Source of the DNA: an uncultured delta proteobacterium
Lineage (GTDB): Bacteria; Desulfobacterota; Binatia; Binatales; Binataceae
Assembly: GCA_963765675.1 (NCBI GenBank)
Contig: CAVXXK010000003.1
Coordinates: 352,001-416,000 of the forward strand
Direction: 5' to 3'
Length of the DNA: 64,000 bases
A program made the position numbers and the translations under genes. Numbering within the stretch: position 1 is the first letter of the stretch; each line of letters begins with the position of its first letter. Below, piece by piece: positions 47,095 to 58,205 of this stretch. A model generated the notes under the pieces. It searched no databases and had not been told where the DNA came from. It saw only the letters and a program-made list of their open reading frames with translations.

Positions 47095-47747
47095 ATCGAA
47101 TCGAAGTACGGCTCAACGCGGCCCTCGAAGTGAAATTCGCGCGCGAGCGCGACCCATCGGAGATCCTCGCGATGCAACTCGCGCGGCAGATTGTCGAGCG
47201 CGAAGAATCGCGCGTCGAGCGCCTCGAGCGGACTCGGGCGCAACTCCCCGCCTTCGATCGTGCAGTAAAACAGCATCGAGTAGATGTGCCTGCGCGGTGA
47301 GCCGAACTTGCGGCTGTCAATAACCGCCATCAAACGCTCGGGCCTGACGATAAGGCCAGTCTCCTCGCGCGCTTCCTTGGCGACGTTCTCGGCGGGAGAC
47401 AATCCCACGTCGCAAAAGCCGCCTGGATACCACCACTTGCCGGTCGGGCGCTGCATCATCAGGAGTTCGCCGCGCGTGTTGAACGCGATCGCGCCGCATC
47501 CGACGCCGGGCGTGACGTAACCGTCGTAGCCGCCGATCACGTCGTCGCGCCATCGCTTGCGGATTGCGTCCGCGTCGGACGCGCTGCCGTGTGCAATCAC
47601 CGCGCTCAGATGCGCGGCCTCGTGCAGCAGCTCCTCGTAGCGCTCGGAGTCGTAGCCGTCGGGCTTAAAGGCAAGCCCGGTGCGAGCGATTGCGGCCACG
47701 CGTTCGACAAATCTCGCGAGTTCGAGAAACAGCTCCGAGTCCGGCAT
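47091..47747 (-). CDS. NUDIX hydrolase with N-terminal Nudix_N domain
   Basis: AIARTGLAF..YDSERY; GYVTP; PGGFCDVGLSPAENVAKEAREETG Nudix box. Confidence 0.92.
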   Translation of the reverse strand: MPDSELFLELARFVERVAAIARTGLAFKPDGYDSERYEELLHEAAHLSAVIAHGSASDADAIRKRWRDDVIGGYDGYVTPGVGCGAIAFNTRGELLMMQRPTGKWWYPGGFCDVGLSPAENVAKEAREETGLIVRPERLMAVIDSRKFGSPRRHIYSMLFYCTIEGGELRPSPLEALDARFFALDNLPRELHREDLRWVALAREFHFEGRVEPYFDSI

Positions 47748-47761
47748 CGATACTCCTATGG

Positions 47762-47935
47762 CTAGCGAAATTCGCGGGCCGGTACGCTGCTGAACAGGTC
47801 GTGAAAAGCGCTCAGCACTTTTCCGATCGCGAGGATGATGTAGGCCAGGATTCCGAGCGCGACGATCAGCACGATCGCGCCCGCGATGATTCCGATTATC
47901 GCGGCGATCACGGACAGAACGATCGAATGGCTCAT
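47762..47935 (-). CDS. Small hydrophobic membrane protein
   Basis: 57 aa from ATG 47935; long hydrophobic stretch; co-oriented between neighbours. Confidence 0.5.
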   Translation of the reverse strand: MSHSIVLSVIAAIIGIIAGAIVLIVALGILAYIILAIGKVLSAFHDLFSSVPAREFR

Positions 47936-47960
47936 GCCGTAACTATAGCAGCGTGCGCGC

Positions 47961-49046
47961 TCAACGGTGCGATGAATTGCACACCGACCAGGCCGCATCC
48001 GCCAGCGCCGGCACCCGCTCGACCAGTCCGGCGAAGAGGGGATCGTCAGCCTGCCCGCGCACGAAGCGCGAGTAGCTGCCCTCCATGATGATCGCGAGCT
48101 TGAAGATCGCAAAAGCCTGGTAGAAGGCGAAGTCGCTCATGGTGCGGCCGGTTTTGCTTTCGTAGCGCGCGATCATCTCGCGCCGCGGAAGCCATCCGTC
48201 CTCCGCCGCCATGCTCGAAACGATCGCGCTGCGGGAGTTTGCGTCGGCCGGATCCGGCCAGTAGGTCAGCATCCAGCCGAAGTCCGCGAGCGGATCTCCG
48301 ATCGTCGACATCTCCCAGTCGAACACCGCGAGCACCTGCGCTTTGCGCGGATCCCACATCACGTTGTCGAGCTTGAAATCGCCGTGCACGATCGTCGCCG
48401 GCGGCGAGGCCGGCAATCGATCACGCAGCCAATCGCGGACTTTCTCCATCACCGGAAGCGGACGGGTATACGGCAGCGTGCGCTCGAGCTGATCGACCCA
48501 GCGCTTTAGCTGGCGCTCGAGGTAGCCGTCGGGACGCCCGAAACCCTCAAGGCCCGCCTTTCGCCAATCAACCGACTGGAGCGCGATCAACAGATCGACC
48601 ATCCCCTCGCTGACCTTGCGGCGCAATTCCGGGGTGTTGGCGAAATGCTTTCCGTCGGCGCGAATTACCTCGCCGCGCATGTACTCCATCAGATAGAACG
48701 GCGCGCCGATGTACGACGCGGCGTCGCATCCGGCGTACACACGCGGCACCGGCACGACGGTATTCTGTAGCGCCTTCAGTACCCGATACTCGCGCATCAC
48801 GTCGTGCGCGGTGGGCAGCAAGGGTCCGCGCGGCGGGCGCCTGAGAGCCCACGAGTTGCCGGCGAAGTGGACCAGATGAACCTCGTTGGAATGTCCGAAC
48901 GAGATATTCTCGCATCGAAGGCCTGAGGGATCGCCGAGTTTGCGGTCGATGATGAAGCGGGCGAGACCGTTTAGATCGACGGTCGCATTCGGACCGGTCT
49001 TTTCGGCCACGGCTTCGCCAGGATTGCGCGGAAGTTCGGTGCTCAT
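47961..49046 (-). CDS. Phosphotransferase (APH / ACAD10-11-like) family protein
   Basis: GHSN, LRRPP..AHDVMREYRVL, VHGDFKLDN, DWEMSTIGDPLAD. Confidence 0.92.
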   Translation of the reverse strand: MSTELPRNPGEAVAEKTGPNATVDLNGLARFIIDRKLGDPSGLRCENISFGHSNEVHLVHFAGNSWALRRPPRGPLLPTAHDVMREYRVLKALQNTVVPVPRVYAGCDAASYIGAPFYLMEYMRGEVIRADGKHFANTPELRRKVSEGMVDLLIALQSVDWRKAGLEGFGRPDGYLERQLKRWVDQLERTLPYTRPLPVMEKVRDWLRDRLPASPPATIVHGDFKLDNVMWDPRKAQVLAVFDWEMSTIGDPLADFGWMLTYWPDPADANSRSAIVSSMAAEDGWLPRREMIARYESKTGRTMSDFAFYQAFAIFKLAIIMEGSYSRFVRGQADDPLFAGLVERVPALADAAWSVCNSSHR

Positions 49047-49183
49047 GACCGCTATTTTCTTTCCGGTTTGGGTCTGCCCGTCAAGCGCGGCGAAAGAGAA
49101 GAGCTTGCGCGGATCGGGCCTCGCGCCGCCGCATGCTCGCGCCGGCGCGAGGACCTAAGCTTCCGCGTCCTCTCCCAGACGCC

Positions 49184-49834
49184 TCAGTATCGCCGGGCTC
49201 CATAGCGGAACGCGCGGACTCGTGAACCGCGCGAAATTCTTGCGCTAACGAAAATCGCTGCGCCAAAACATAGTGCGACCAGCGCGGCGAATGCCCCCGC
49301 ACCGGCCAGCAGCGGAAGATTGGAATTCAAACTCACAGCGGGAGCGTCGGAGGAGGATGGCAACAGAGAATCCACGGTCGCCGCGAGAGCGTGCTCCGCG
49401 GCAACGGCCTGGTCGATCAGATCATCCGCGCTCGCTTGTATCTGGGGAGCCGATGCGGTGTCGAAAATGACTCGCATCCGCGTAAGCGCTTCGTTCAATG
49501 CGTGGGCAAAAAATCCGTCCACATCAAAATCGGCGCCCCGCTTAACCGGAGATTCGGAGGCGACTCCCGAATGTTTGACGATTCCCCGCGCCGCATGCAT
49601 ATGACGCGCGCCAAAAGCGTTAATCGCGGGCGCTTGCGCCGTCTTTTCTGAAACCGGCGTGCTCTGGACTGGGAGCAACCCGTCGCCGTTAGCGAGCAGC
49701 ACAGACACCAAGGCAGCGCCGAACAGGAGCTGAGCCGCCTGGCGCACGCGCCCTCTGTTCAGGTATCGGCGCGCAGCTCGGGGAACACCCTTGACCCGTG
49801 ATTCGAATTCGCGCTGCGTCATATCGTTAACCAC
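49184..49834 (-). CDS. Hypothetical membrane protein
   Basis: 216-aa ORF with N- and C-terminal hydrophobic segments; no family recognised. Confidence 0.45.
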   Translation of the reverse strand: MVNDMTQREFESRVKGVPRAARRYLNRGRVRQAAQLLFGAALVSVLLANGDGLLPVQSTPVSEKTAQAPAINAFGARHMHAARGIVKHSGVASESPVKRGADFDVDGFFAHALNEALTRMRVIFDTASAPQIQASADDLIDQAVAAEHALAATVDSLLPSSSDAPAVSLNSNLPLLAGAGAFAALVALCFGAAIFVSARISRGSRVRAFRYGARRY

Positions 49835-50014
49835 CGGACGCGTTTGGATGGGATAACTCTACTATTAGTAGTAAAATATGTCAAATAAGGGACTGAAGGT
49901 CATAAGACCCCTTGAGCGGTTTTAAGACTGCCCTGCAAAACCGGGCACGCGAGGCCGCGTTTGCGAAGAGACCGGCTTGCGCCGCCCGAGCACGCGCCTA
50001 TACAAAAGACACCG

Positions 50015-50939
50015 ATGGACCGCGCGGCAGACGTAGTGGGTGCGGAAGGAAAGGCGACGAGCCGCGGAAAAATAGCGGCGCTGATCGCGCTCGCGCGGCC
50101 ATATCAATGGATCAAGAACGGTCTCGTGCTCGCCGCGTTGGTCTTCAGCCAGCGCCTGTTCGAGTTCAGATACGCCGCGATGGCGGCGGCGGCGACGGTA
50201 GGATTCTGCGCGCTCTCGAGTACTCGCCTACATCATCAACGATATCGCTGACCGCGAGGCCGATCGGCTGAATCCCGAGAAGCGCGATCGTCCGCTGGCG
50301 TGCGGCGATATCGAGGTAAGCGAGGCGGTGCGGTTCGCGATCGTGCTCGGAGTCATCGCGGCGGTTATCGCGCTCTCGCTCGGCCGCGGGTTCGCCGGCG
50401 TGGCGATTTTGTACCTCGCGCTGCAGTTCGTCTACTCGACGTGGGCCAAGCGCGAGGTTGTCATCGACGTGATCGCGGTCGCGATCGGATTCGTGCTGCG
50501 CGCGTTCGCGGGCGGCGTCGCGATCGGAGTGTACGTATCGCCCTGGCTCGCGTTCATCACCTTCGTTCTGGCGTTGCTGCTGGTGCTCGGGCGGCGGCGT
50601 CACGAGCTGATCGCGCTCGGCGACGGCGCGACGGCGCATCGCGGTGCACTGGCGCAGTACAGCGTGCGGCTGGTCGATCAGATGATCTCGATCGTCGCGG
50701 GCGCGACCCTGGTCAGCTACATGATCTACACCGCCTCGGCAGAGGTCGAGACGAAGCTGGGCACGAGCCATCTTTATCTGACGGTTCCGTTCGTCGCCTT
50801 CGGGATCCTGCGTTACCTGTACCTGATCGACGAGCGCAACGAAGGCGGCGACCCCGCCCGCCTGCTGATCGGCGACAAACCTCTGCTGGTGTGCGTGATT
50901 CTATGGATCGCAGCAGATCTCGTGCTGCTCTATTTCTAG
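50015..50939 (+). CDS. UbiA-family prenyltransferase (decaprenyl-phosphate phosphoribosyltransferase-like); +1 frameshift near 50222
   Basis: LARPYQWIKN; |YIINDIADREADRLNPEKRDRPLACG; IGFVLR; RRRHEL; FGILRY. Confidence 0.88.
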
Positions 50940-52252
50940 GCGTTCGCTTCCGGGAATAATGCTCGTCTGCCGGTCTTCTCGAGAAAGTAGGGATAGACTT
51001 CGCCGATCAGGTACACGGAGCCTGTTACCAGCACGATTTGTGGCGACGCGGTTTCGCGGACTACTCGCTCGATAGCGTCGAGCGGGTCGGCGGCGATCCG
51101 GGTGGGTGCGTGGCGGGCGAAATTCGGCAACAGAGTCTCAGGCTCGATTGGATTTTTCCATCGCGCCCGCGTCAGCGTGACGTCGCTCACGCGCGGCGCA
51201 AGCATCGCGGCCATCCGCTCCCATTGCTTGCTCGCAAGGCATCCGAAGACCAGCCGCGGACGGATCTCCGGGCCGAGCTCTACGCTGATAGTTTCCAATA
51301 GCGCGGAGATCGCAAGCTCGTTGTGCGCGCAGTCGAGAATCACCGTGGGCTCGCGCTGCACGATATCGAATCGCCCGGGCCACTGGACCTCGCGCAGGCC
51401 GCGGCGGATCGCGTCTTCGCCGATCGCGATTCCCTGCGCGCCGAGCGCCTCGATCGTGGCGAGCGCGATCGCGGCGTTCTCGTGCTGGAAGGGGCCGGCC
51501 AAACCGAGCTCGACGTCCTTAAACTCGAGCGCCATCCCGCTGTAATCGAGGCGATGCGCCGGCGCGTGCGAGTGGAACGAGAAATCGCGATCGATCATGC
51601 GCACCGCGCTTTTGCGTTGGGCGGCTATCGAACCCAACGTGGCGCGCGCTTCATGGTCGCGCGCACCGATTACGACCGGAACTTCGGGCTTGATGATCCC
51701 GCCCTTTTCCGCCGCAATCGCGGGAATCGTGTAGCCGAGATATTCCATGTGATCGAAGCCAATCGGCGTGATCACGCTCAGGATCGGCATCACGACGTTG
51801 GTCGAGTCGAGCCGTCCGCCGAGCCCGGTTTCGATCACGGCAAGCTCGACCCGCTCCTCGGCGAAATACAGGAACATCATGGCGACGGTGAACTCGAAGA
51901 AGGTCAGCGCCAAGCCTGCCCGCTCGTAGACCGCGCGCAGGCTTTCGATATAGCCGAGCAGCCGCGCGGGCGGCATCTCGCCGCCGTCGATTCGGGTTCG
52001 TTCGGACAAATTCACGAGATGCGGCTTGGTGTAGAGGCCGGTGCGGATTCCGGCCGCGCGCAGGACCGCGTCAACCATCGCGGCGACAGAGCCTTTTCCC
52101 TTGGTGCCGGCGATATGGATCGCGCGGATGCGCCGGTGCGGATCGCCGATCAGCGCGAGCGCCGCTTCCATCCGCTCGAGTTTGTAGATCTCGCCGCGCG
52201 ACTGGAGCGAGTAGAGCCAATCGATAGTCTTGCTGAGCCGTGCTTCCATCAC
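50936..52252 (-). CDS. folC: Folylpolyglutamate/dihydrofolate synthase
   Basis: HIAGTKGKGS, YTKPHL, TFFE, ETGLGGRLDSTNV, DHMEYLG, WPGRF, LDCAHN, TGSVYLIG. Confidence 0.96.
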   Translation of the reverse strand: MMEARLSKTIDWLYSLQSRGEIYKLERMEAALALIGDPHRRIRAIHIAGTKGKGSVAAMVDAVLRAAGIRTGLYTKPHLVNLSERTRIDGGEMPPARLLGYIESLRAVYERAGLALTFFEFTVAMMFLYFAEERVELAVIETGLGGRLDSTNVVMPILSVITPIGFDHMEYLGYTIPAIAAEKGGIIKPEVPVVIGARDHEARATLGSIAAQRKSAVRMIDRDFSFHSHAPAHRLDYSGMALEFKDVELGLAGPFQHENAAIALATIEALGAQGIAIGEDAIRRGLREVQWPGRFDIVQREPTVILDCAHNELAISALLETISVELGPEIRPRLVFGCLASKQWERMAAMLAPRVSDVTLTRARWKNPIEPETLLPNFARHAPTRIAADPLDAIERVVRETASPQIVLVTGSVYLIGEVYPYFLEKTGRRALFPEANA

Positions 52253-52300
52253 TGGACGGATTTTATAGCGCGTGCATGACTCTAGGAAGAATCGCCGCGC

Positions 52301-53443
52301 TCACGGCGCCTGGTTGCTGAATACGATCGTACCTGCCGCCGCGAACATCCCGCCGACGCCGTGCGCGATCGAGATCTTCGCGTTCGGTACCTGCGCGGGC
52401 GCGACTCCGCGCAACTGACGGATACTCTCCTGCATCGCGTACATCCCGTACATCCCGGAGTGCATGTAGCTAAGTCCGCCGCCGTTGGTGTTGAGCGGAA
52501 GCACTCCGCCTGGCGCCGTGTTGCGGTCCTGGATGAATGCGCCCGCCTCGCCGGGCTTGCAGAAGCCGAGATCCTCGAGACCGTAAAGCGGCAGATGCGC
52601 GAAGGCGTCGTAGATCATCAGGTGATCGACATCCTTGTGCGTGATTCCCGCCTCATCGAACGCCTTCTTTCCCGAAACCCGAAACGCCTTCGAGGTCGTG
52701 AAGTCTTCCATCTGCGAGATCATCGGCGTCTCGACGCTCTCGCCGGTGCCGAGAATGTAAATCGGCTTGCGCGGGAAGTCTTTGGCGCGCTTCGCCGAGG
52801 TCAGGATCAATGCACCGCCGCCGTCGGTGACGAGGCAGCACATAAGCAGGCGAAATGGATAGGCGATCATCCGCGAGTTCAGCACGTCCGCGACCGTGAT
52901 CGGATCGCGAAATGACGCGCGCGGATTTCTGCCGGCCCATTCGCGCTGTATGACCGCGACCATCGCGAGCTGCTCTTCGCTGACGCCATAGGTTTTCATG
53001 TAGCGCAGCACGGGAATCGTAAAGACCGTAGGTGGTCCCATCGTGCCGAACGGCGCTTCGAATTGTCCTGAGAGGCTCGCGGGTGAACCACCGCGCCTGC
53101 CCGTCCCGATATGCGAGCGCCCGCTTTCGCCGTGGGTGATCAGCACCGTCGAGCACAGTCCCTCGTTGATCGCAGCGGCGGCATGCCGCACGTGAATCAT
53201 GAAAGAGCATCCGCCGACCGAGGTGCCGTCCACCCAGCTCGGCGTGATTCCGAGATAGTGCGCGATCGCGGTCGGGGATTCGCCTGCGGTCGCGACGCCA
53301 TCGATATCAGAGGGTTTGAGACCGGCGTCAGCCAGCGTGTTGAGCGCGGCGTCAGCATGCAGTTGGATTTGTGAAAGATTCGGGATGAGCCCCATTTCGG
53401 TCGTCTCGGCCGCCCCGACCACCGCTACGGATTTGCGTTTCAT
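52301..53443 (-). CDS. SCP2-type (non-canonical) thiolase-fold protein
   Basis: VGGCS, CCLVTDGGGA, YDAF, NTNGGGLS.H, HGVGG. Confidence 0.9.
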   Translation of the reverse strand: MKRKSVAVVGAAETTEMGLIPNLSQIQLHADAALNTLADAGLKPSDIDGVATAGESPTAIAHYLGITPSWVDGTSVGGCSFMIHVRHAAAAINEGLCSTVLITHGESGRSHIGTGRRGGSPASLSGQFEAPFGTMGPPTVFTIPVLRYMKTYGVSEEQLAMVAVIQREWAGRNPRASFRDPITVADVLNSRMIAYPFRLLMCCLVTDGGGALILTSAKRAKDFPRKPIYILGTGESVETPMISQMEDFTTSKAFRVSGKKAFDEAGITHKDVDHLMIYDAFAHLPLYGLEDLGFCKPGEAGAFIQDRNTAPGGVLPLNTNGGGLSYMHSGMYGMYAMQESIRQLRGVAPAQVPNAKISIAHGVGGMFAAAGTIVFSNQAP

Positions 53444-53444
53444 G

Positions 53445-53855
53445 TCAGGCTCCCACGGGTTTGAAAAGCGCCAGCGTGATGTCTTCGGTCTGCTTCTCGA
53501 ACACCGCTTCGAGCGGCATGTCGAGCACGAGGGCCGCGGGCGTCTGCGCGCACCCGATGATGTTGGTCATCATGCGCGGACCTTCGGCCAGTTCGACAAC
53601 CGCGATCGCATAGGGCGGAGTGAAGCCGGGCGCAGGTCGATGATTGATCACGTAGCTATAGAGTTTCGCGCGACCGCTTGCCTTGAAGATCGAAACCTTG
53701 CGCGAGGCGCACTTCGGGCAGAACGGGCGCGGAGGAAAATAGACGTGACGGCATTCGTCGCAGCGCTGCAGGCGCAGCTCGCCGTGGCGCGTGCCCTCCC
53801 AGAAATGCAGGGTTTCGGGCGTTGGAATTGGCAGCGATCTTTTGAATTCAGGCAA
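53445..53855 (-). CDS. DUF35 Zn-ribbon/OB-fold protein
   Basis: FWEG..LQRCDEC..PPRPFCPKC; VVELAEGPRM. TTG start at 53855 with a GGAGGAG RBS. Confidence 0.92.
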   Translation of the reverse strand: MPEFKRSLPIPTPETLHFWEGTRHGELRLQRCDECRHVYFPPRPFCPKCASRKVSIFKASGRAKLYSYVINHRPAPGFTPPYAIAVVELAEGPRMMTNIIGCAQTPAALVLDMPLEAVFEKQTEDITLALFKPVGA

Positions 53856-54096
53856 GGTACGACTCCTCCGGTGATGATGTCGTCCGGACCGAGCGCGAGC
53901 ATGCCGCATCCGGCCAGCGGTGTTTGCAATTTCTCAGTGTTACTAATTTCCTACTGCCACCCACGGCTCCATGCAACGCCGCGCGCCGCAACTACATCGA
54001 CGCTTGCGCTACGTCAGGCACGAGATCATATAGAAGAAAGGCTCCGCACGCAGATACTTCCACACACATAAACCTGCGCCCGCGCCAGGAGTGCCA

Positions 54097-57000
54097 ATGA
54101 ACGATCACGGCTACTATCATCATCCCGCGATCAGCGGCGACAAAGTCTATTTCGTGAGCGAAGACGATCTGTGGACGGTCGCCGCTGGCGGCGGAGTTGC
54201 GCGGCGGCTCACGAGCGGTCTCGGCGCGGCGTCGTATCCAGCGGTCTCCCACGACGGAAAACAGATCGCGTTCAGCTCGAGCGAGGAAGGCGTTTCCCAA
54301 GTCTACGTGATGCCTGCCGACGGCGGTCCTGCTCGGCGTCTCACCTACTCGGGCAAGTTCAGCCGCGTGATCGGATGGACCCCGCCGAACCATCGGCTGC
54401 CGAATCACATCATTTACACGAGTATCGAGGAGCAGCCGTTTCTTACGTTCAATCTGCGCCTTGTCTCGCATGAGCACGGCGCTTCGATCGCTTTGAATCT
54501 TGGCCCCGCGGAGTATTTCTCGATCGCGCCCGACGGCCGCGGAGCGGTGCTGGCGCGGCTGGCAAGCGAAGCGGCCTATTGGAAACGCTACCGCGGCGGA
54601 ACCGCGGGCGACTTGTGGATCGATCGAGACGGCGCGGGCGAATGGCGGCGGCTCGATCACACTCGAAGGAAATCCGTCGCGGCCGCTGTGGATCGGTACG
54701 CGAATTTACTTCATCTCCGATCACGAGGGGATAGGCAATATCTATTCCTGCACGCCGGACGGCAAAGACTTGCGCCAGCATACCGATCACGACGACTTCT
54801 ATGCGCGCAACGCCGCGAGCGACGGGCACCGCATCGTCTATCAGGCTGGTGCGGATCTGTTCGTGCTCGACCCCCAATCGGGCCACGCTGCGCAGAAGAT
54901 CGAAATCGAATATCGCAGCGCGCGAACGCAGCGTAACCGCAAATTTATCGACGCGGCGAAATATCTGGAATCGTACGCGCCGCATCCAAGCGAGGAATCG
55001 ATCGCGATCACCTCACGCGGCAAGATCGCCGTGCTCGGCAATTGGGAAGGACCTGTCCGGCAGATCGGCGAACCCGCCGCGGGGCGTCATCGCCTGGCGA
55101 CCTGGCTGCATGACGGGAAGCGCATCGTCAGCGTGTATGACGCCGACGGCGACGAAGCCCTCGCGATCCATCGCGTCGACGAACCCGCGGCGACCGAGTA
55201 TTTGCGCGGTCCCGAGATCTCGCGCGTGGTCCGGCTGAAGGCCTCTCCACGAGTTGATCAAGTCGCGTTCACGACGGTGCGCAATGAGTTGGTCCTCGCG
55301 GATTTTGCGGCAGGTTCGATACGGGTGCTTGATCGCAACCGGCACGCGCATATGGGCAACTTCAACTTCTCACCCGACGGGCGTTTTATCACCTACAACT
55401 GGGCGCCCAGCAGGCGCGCGACGATAATCCGGATCTGCAGGATCGAAGACGGCGCGACGTTCAACGTCACGCAGCCGGTACGCGAGGACTTTGCACCGGT
55501 GTTCGATCCGGAGGGCGCGTACCTGTATTTTCTCGGCGCGCGTGAATTCAATCCGGTGTACGACAAGCTGCATTTCGATCTGGGGTTTCCCAAAGCGATG
55601 CGTCCGTACGCCGTCGCGTTGCGCAAAGAAGTTGGATCGCGTTTCACGCCCACTCTCGCCCGGAAACCACGCGAGGTCGCGGAAGTCACGATCGATTTCG
55701 ACGGGATCGAGGACCGAATCGAAGCATTCCCGGTGCCGGAGGGAATCTACGAACAGATCGGCGCACTCAAGGGCAAGGTGATTTTCACCTCGCTACCGGT
55801 CGAGGGCAGCCTGGACAATCCTTCGATCCTCGCTCCGACCGAGGCACCGGAAGCCAAGGCTAAGCTCGAAGTCTTCGATTTCGAGACCAGGCAGCTCGAA
55901 ACCTGGGTCGATGGAATCACAAGTTTTGCTTTAAGTTTGGATCGCGAGCGGCTGGTGTATCGCGCAGGCAACCGCCTGCGGGCCATCAAGACTTCCGCGA
56001 AGCCTGATGCCGAAGCGGTGAAAGAGGAACCGGGCCGCAAGAGCGGATGGATCGATCTGAAGCGCGTCAAAATCTCGATCGATCCGCCCGCCGAGTGGCG
56101 GCAGATGTATCGCGAGGCGTGGCGGATGCAGCGCGAGCAGTACTGGATCGAGGACATGGCCGAGGTCGATTGGAAAGCGATCCACGATCAGTACCTGCCG
56201 CTGGTGGACCGGGTCGGCAGCCGGAGTGAGTTCGAGGACCTGCTCTGGGAGATGCAAGGAGAGCTGGGCGCGAGCCATGCCTACGCGTATGGCGGAGATT
56301 TCCGGAGGCCGCCGGCATACCCGGTCGGCTTCCTCGGCGCGGACATTTCGTGGAGTGAGAGCGCCTCCGCGTGGCAGATCACGCATATCGTGCGCGGCGA
56401 TCCGTCGGACTCGCGCAATCCTCCGCCGCTCATGCGGCCCGGGGTCAATCTCGCGGCCGGAGCGGCGATTATCGCGGTGAACAATCAGGCCGTGACGCGT
56501 GAGGTCTCGCCAGCTCAGTTGCTGGTACATCAGGCGAGCGCCGAGATCGTGCTGACGGTCGCCGACCAACCCGGAGGAGCGCCGCGCAACGTGCTCGTGA
56601 AGACGAGCGCCGACGACACGCTGATCCGCTACCGCGAGTGGGTCGAGAAAAATCGCGCCTGGGTTCATGAGAATAGCGGCGGGCGATGCGGCTACGTCCA
56701 CATTCCCGACATGGGGCCGTGGGGTTACGCGGAGTTTCACCGCCTCTTTCTCGTCGAGCTGGATCAGGAGGGCCTGGTGATCGACGTGCGCTACAATCGC
56801 GGCGGTCACGTGAGCCCGCTGTTGCTCGAGAAGCTCGCACGCAAGCGGCGGGCGTATAATCAGAGCCGATGGTTTGGCGTCGAGCCGTGGCCGCAGGACT
56901 CTCCGGCTGGCCCGATGGTCGCGCTTACAAACCAGCACGCCGGCAGCGACGGCGACATTTTCTCGCACGGATTCAAGATGCTGAAGCTCGGTCCCCTCAT

Positions 57001-57301
57001 CGGCAAACGGACTTGGGGCGGCGTGATCGGAATCTGGCCGCGCCATCTGCTGGCTGACGGCGGAATGACTACGCAGCCGGAATTCGCGTTCTGGTTCGAC
57101 GACGTCGGTTGGGGCGTCGAGAATCGCGGCGTTGATCCGGATATCGAGGTCGAGTATCCGCCGCACGACTACGCCGCCGGTCGCGACCCCCAGTTGGAGC
57201 GAGGACTGGCGGAGCTGATGAAGCTCATCGGTGATAGCGCGAAAACGCCTCAGTTCGAAGCGCGTCCCAGTCGCCTGCGCCGCTCACGCCGAACCGAATA
57301 A
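54097..57301 (+). CDS. Tricorn protease (S41, beta-propellers plus PDZ); +1 frameshift near 54655
   Basis: FVSEDDLW, WKRYRGGTAG, GELGASH, GYVHIPDM, IDVRYNRGG, AGSDGD (catalytic Ser), GKRTWGG, VENRGVDPD. Confidence 0.93.
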
Positions 57302-57310
57302 TCGCAAGCG

Positions 57311-58195
57311 TTACTTTCGTCCGCTCCTGATTGCTTTCGGGCGCGTGAGAATCGCGAGCAGGCGGGCGAGGGTGAAGCGCATCTGATGGCGGGGGACGAT
57401 CGCGTCGAGCATGCCGTGCGCGATTAGAAATTCTGAGCGCTGAAAATTCTCGGGCAGCTCCTGATTGGAGGTCTGCCGGGTCACGCGCCGGCCGGCAAAG
57501 CCGATGAGCGCGTCAGGCTCGGCAAGGTTCAGGTCACCGAGCATCGCGAATGACGCGGCGACGCCTCCGGTCGTCGGATCGCAGAGCACCGACAGGTACG
57601 GCAGCCGCGCGTCGCGCAGGCGGGCGATCGCGGTCGAGACTTTCGCCATCTGCATCAGCGAGAGCGCTCCCTCCTGCATCCGCGCGCCGCCGGAGGCGCA
57701 GAACACGATCACGGGCAGCCCGCGGCGCGTCGCGAGGTTGAACAGCCGCGCGAGCTTCTCGCCCACCACCACGCCCATGCTGCCGCCCATGAACTCGAAG
57801 TCCATCACGCCGATTGCGACCGGGCGATCCTCGATTCTACCGATGCCGACCACGACCGCATCGTTGCGTCCGCTCGCCTCGCGCGCCTGCCGCATCCGTT
57901 TCGGATACGGCTTGGAATCGACGAACCCAAGCGGATCGCCGATCGCCAGGTCGGCGAACATCTCGTGCCAGCTCCCGCGATCGACAGTGATCGAGAGGCG
58001 CTGGCTGACAGTGAGGCGAAAATGATGCCCGCACTTGGGACAGACGTTCAGGTTACGCTCGACTTCCTTGCGGAACGAGATTTCCTTGCAGGTCGGACAC
58101 TTGCTCCAGATGTCGTCGCTCGGAGTTTGCGCCGGCGCGGCGGCCGGCGGCGAGGATTGCGATTCGACGATGGGTTCGATTTCTTGGCTGGCCAT
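57311..58195 (-). CDS. accD: Acetyl-CoA carboxylase carboxyltransferase beta subunit
   Basis: WSKCPTC..CPKC Zn finger, FMGGSMG, SGGARMQEG, PTTGGV, IGFAG, FQRSE. Confidence 0.96.
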   Translation of the reverse strand: MASQEIEPIVESQSSPPAAAPAQTPSDDIWSKCPTCKEISFRKEVERNLNVCPKCGHHFRLTVSQRLSITVDRGSWHEMFADLAIGDPLGFVDSKPYPKRMRQAREASGRNDAVVVGIGRIEDRPVAIGVMDFEFMGGSMGVVVGEKLARLFNLATRRGLPVIVFCASGGARMQEGALSLMQMAKVSTAIARLRDARLPYLSVLCDPTTGGVAASFAMLGDLNLAEPDALIGFAGRRVTRQTSNQELPENFQRSEFLIAHGMLDAIVPRHQMRFTLARLLAILTRPKAIRSGRK

Positions 58196-58205
58196 ACGCC
58201 CTACT

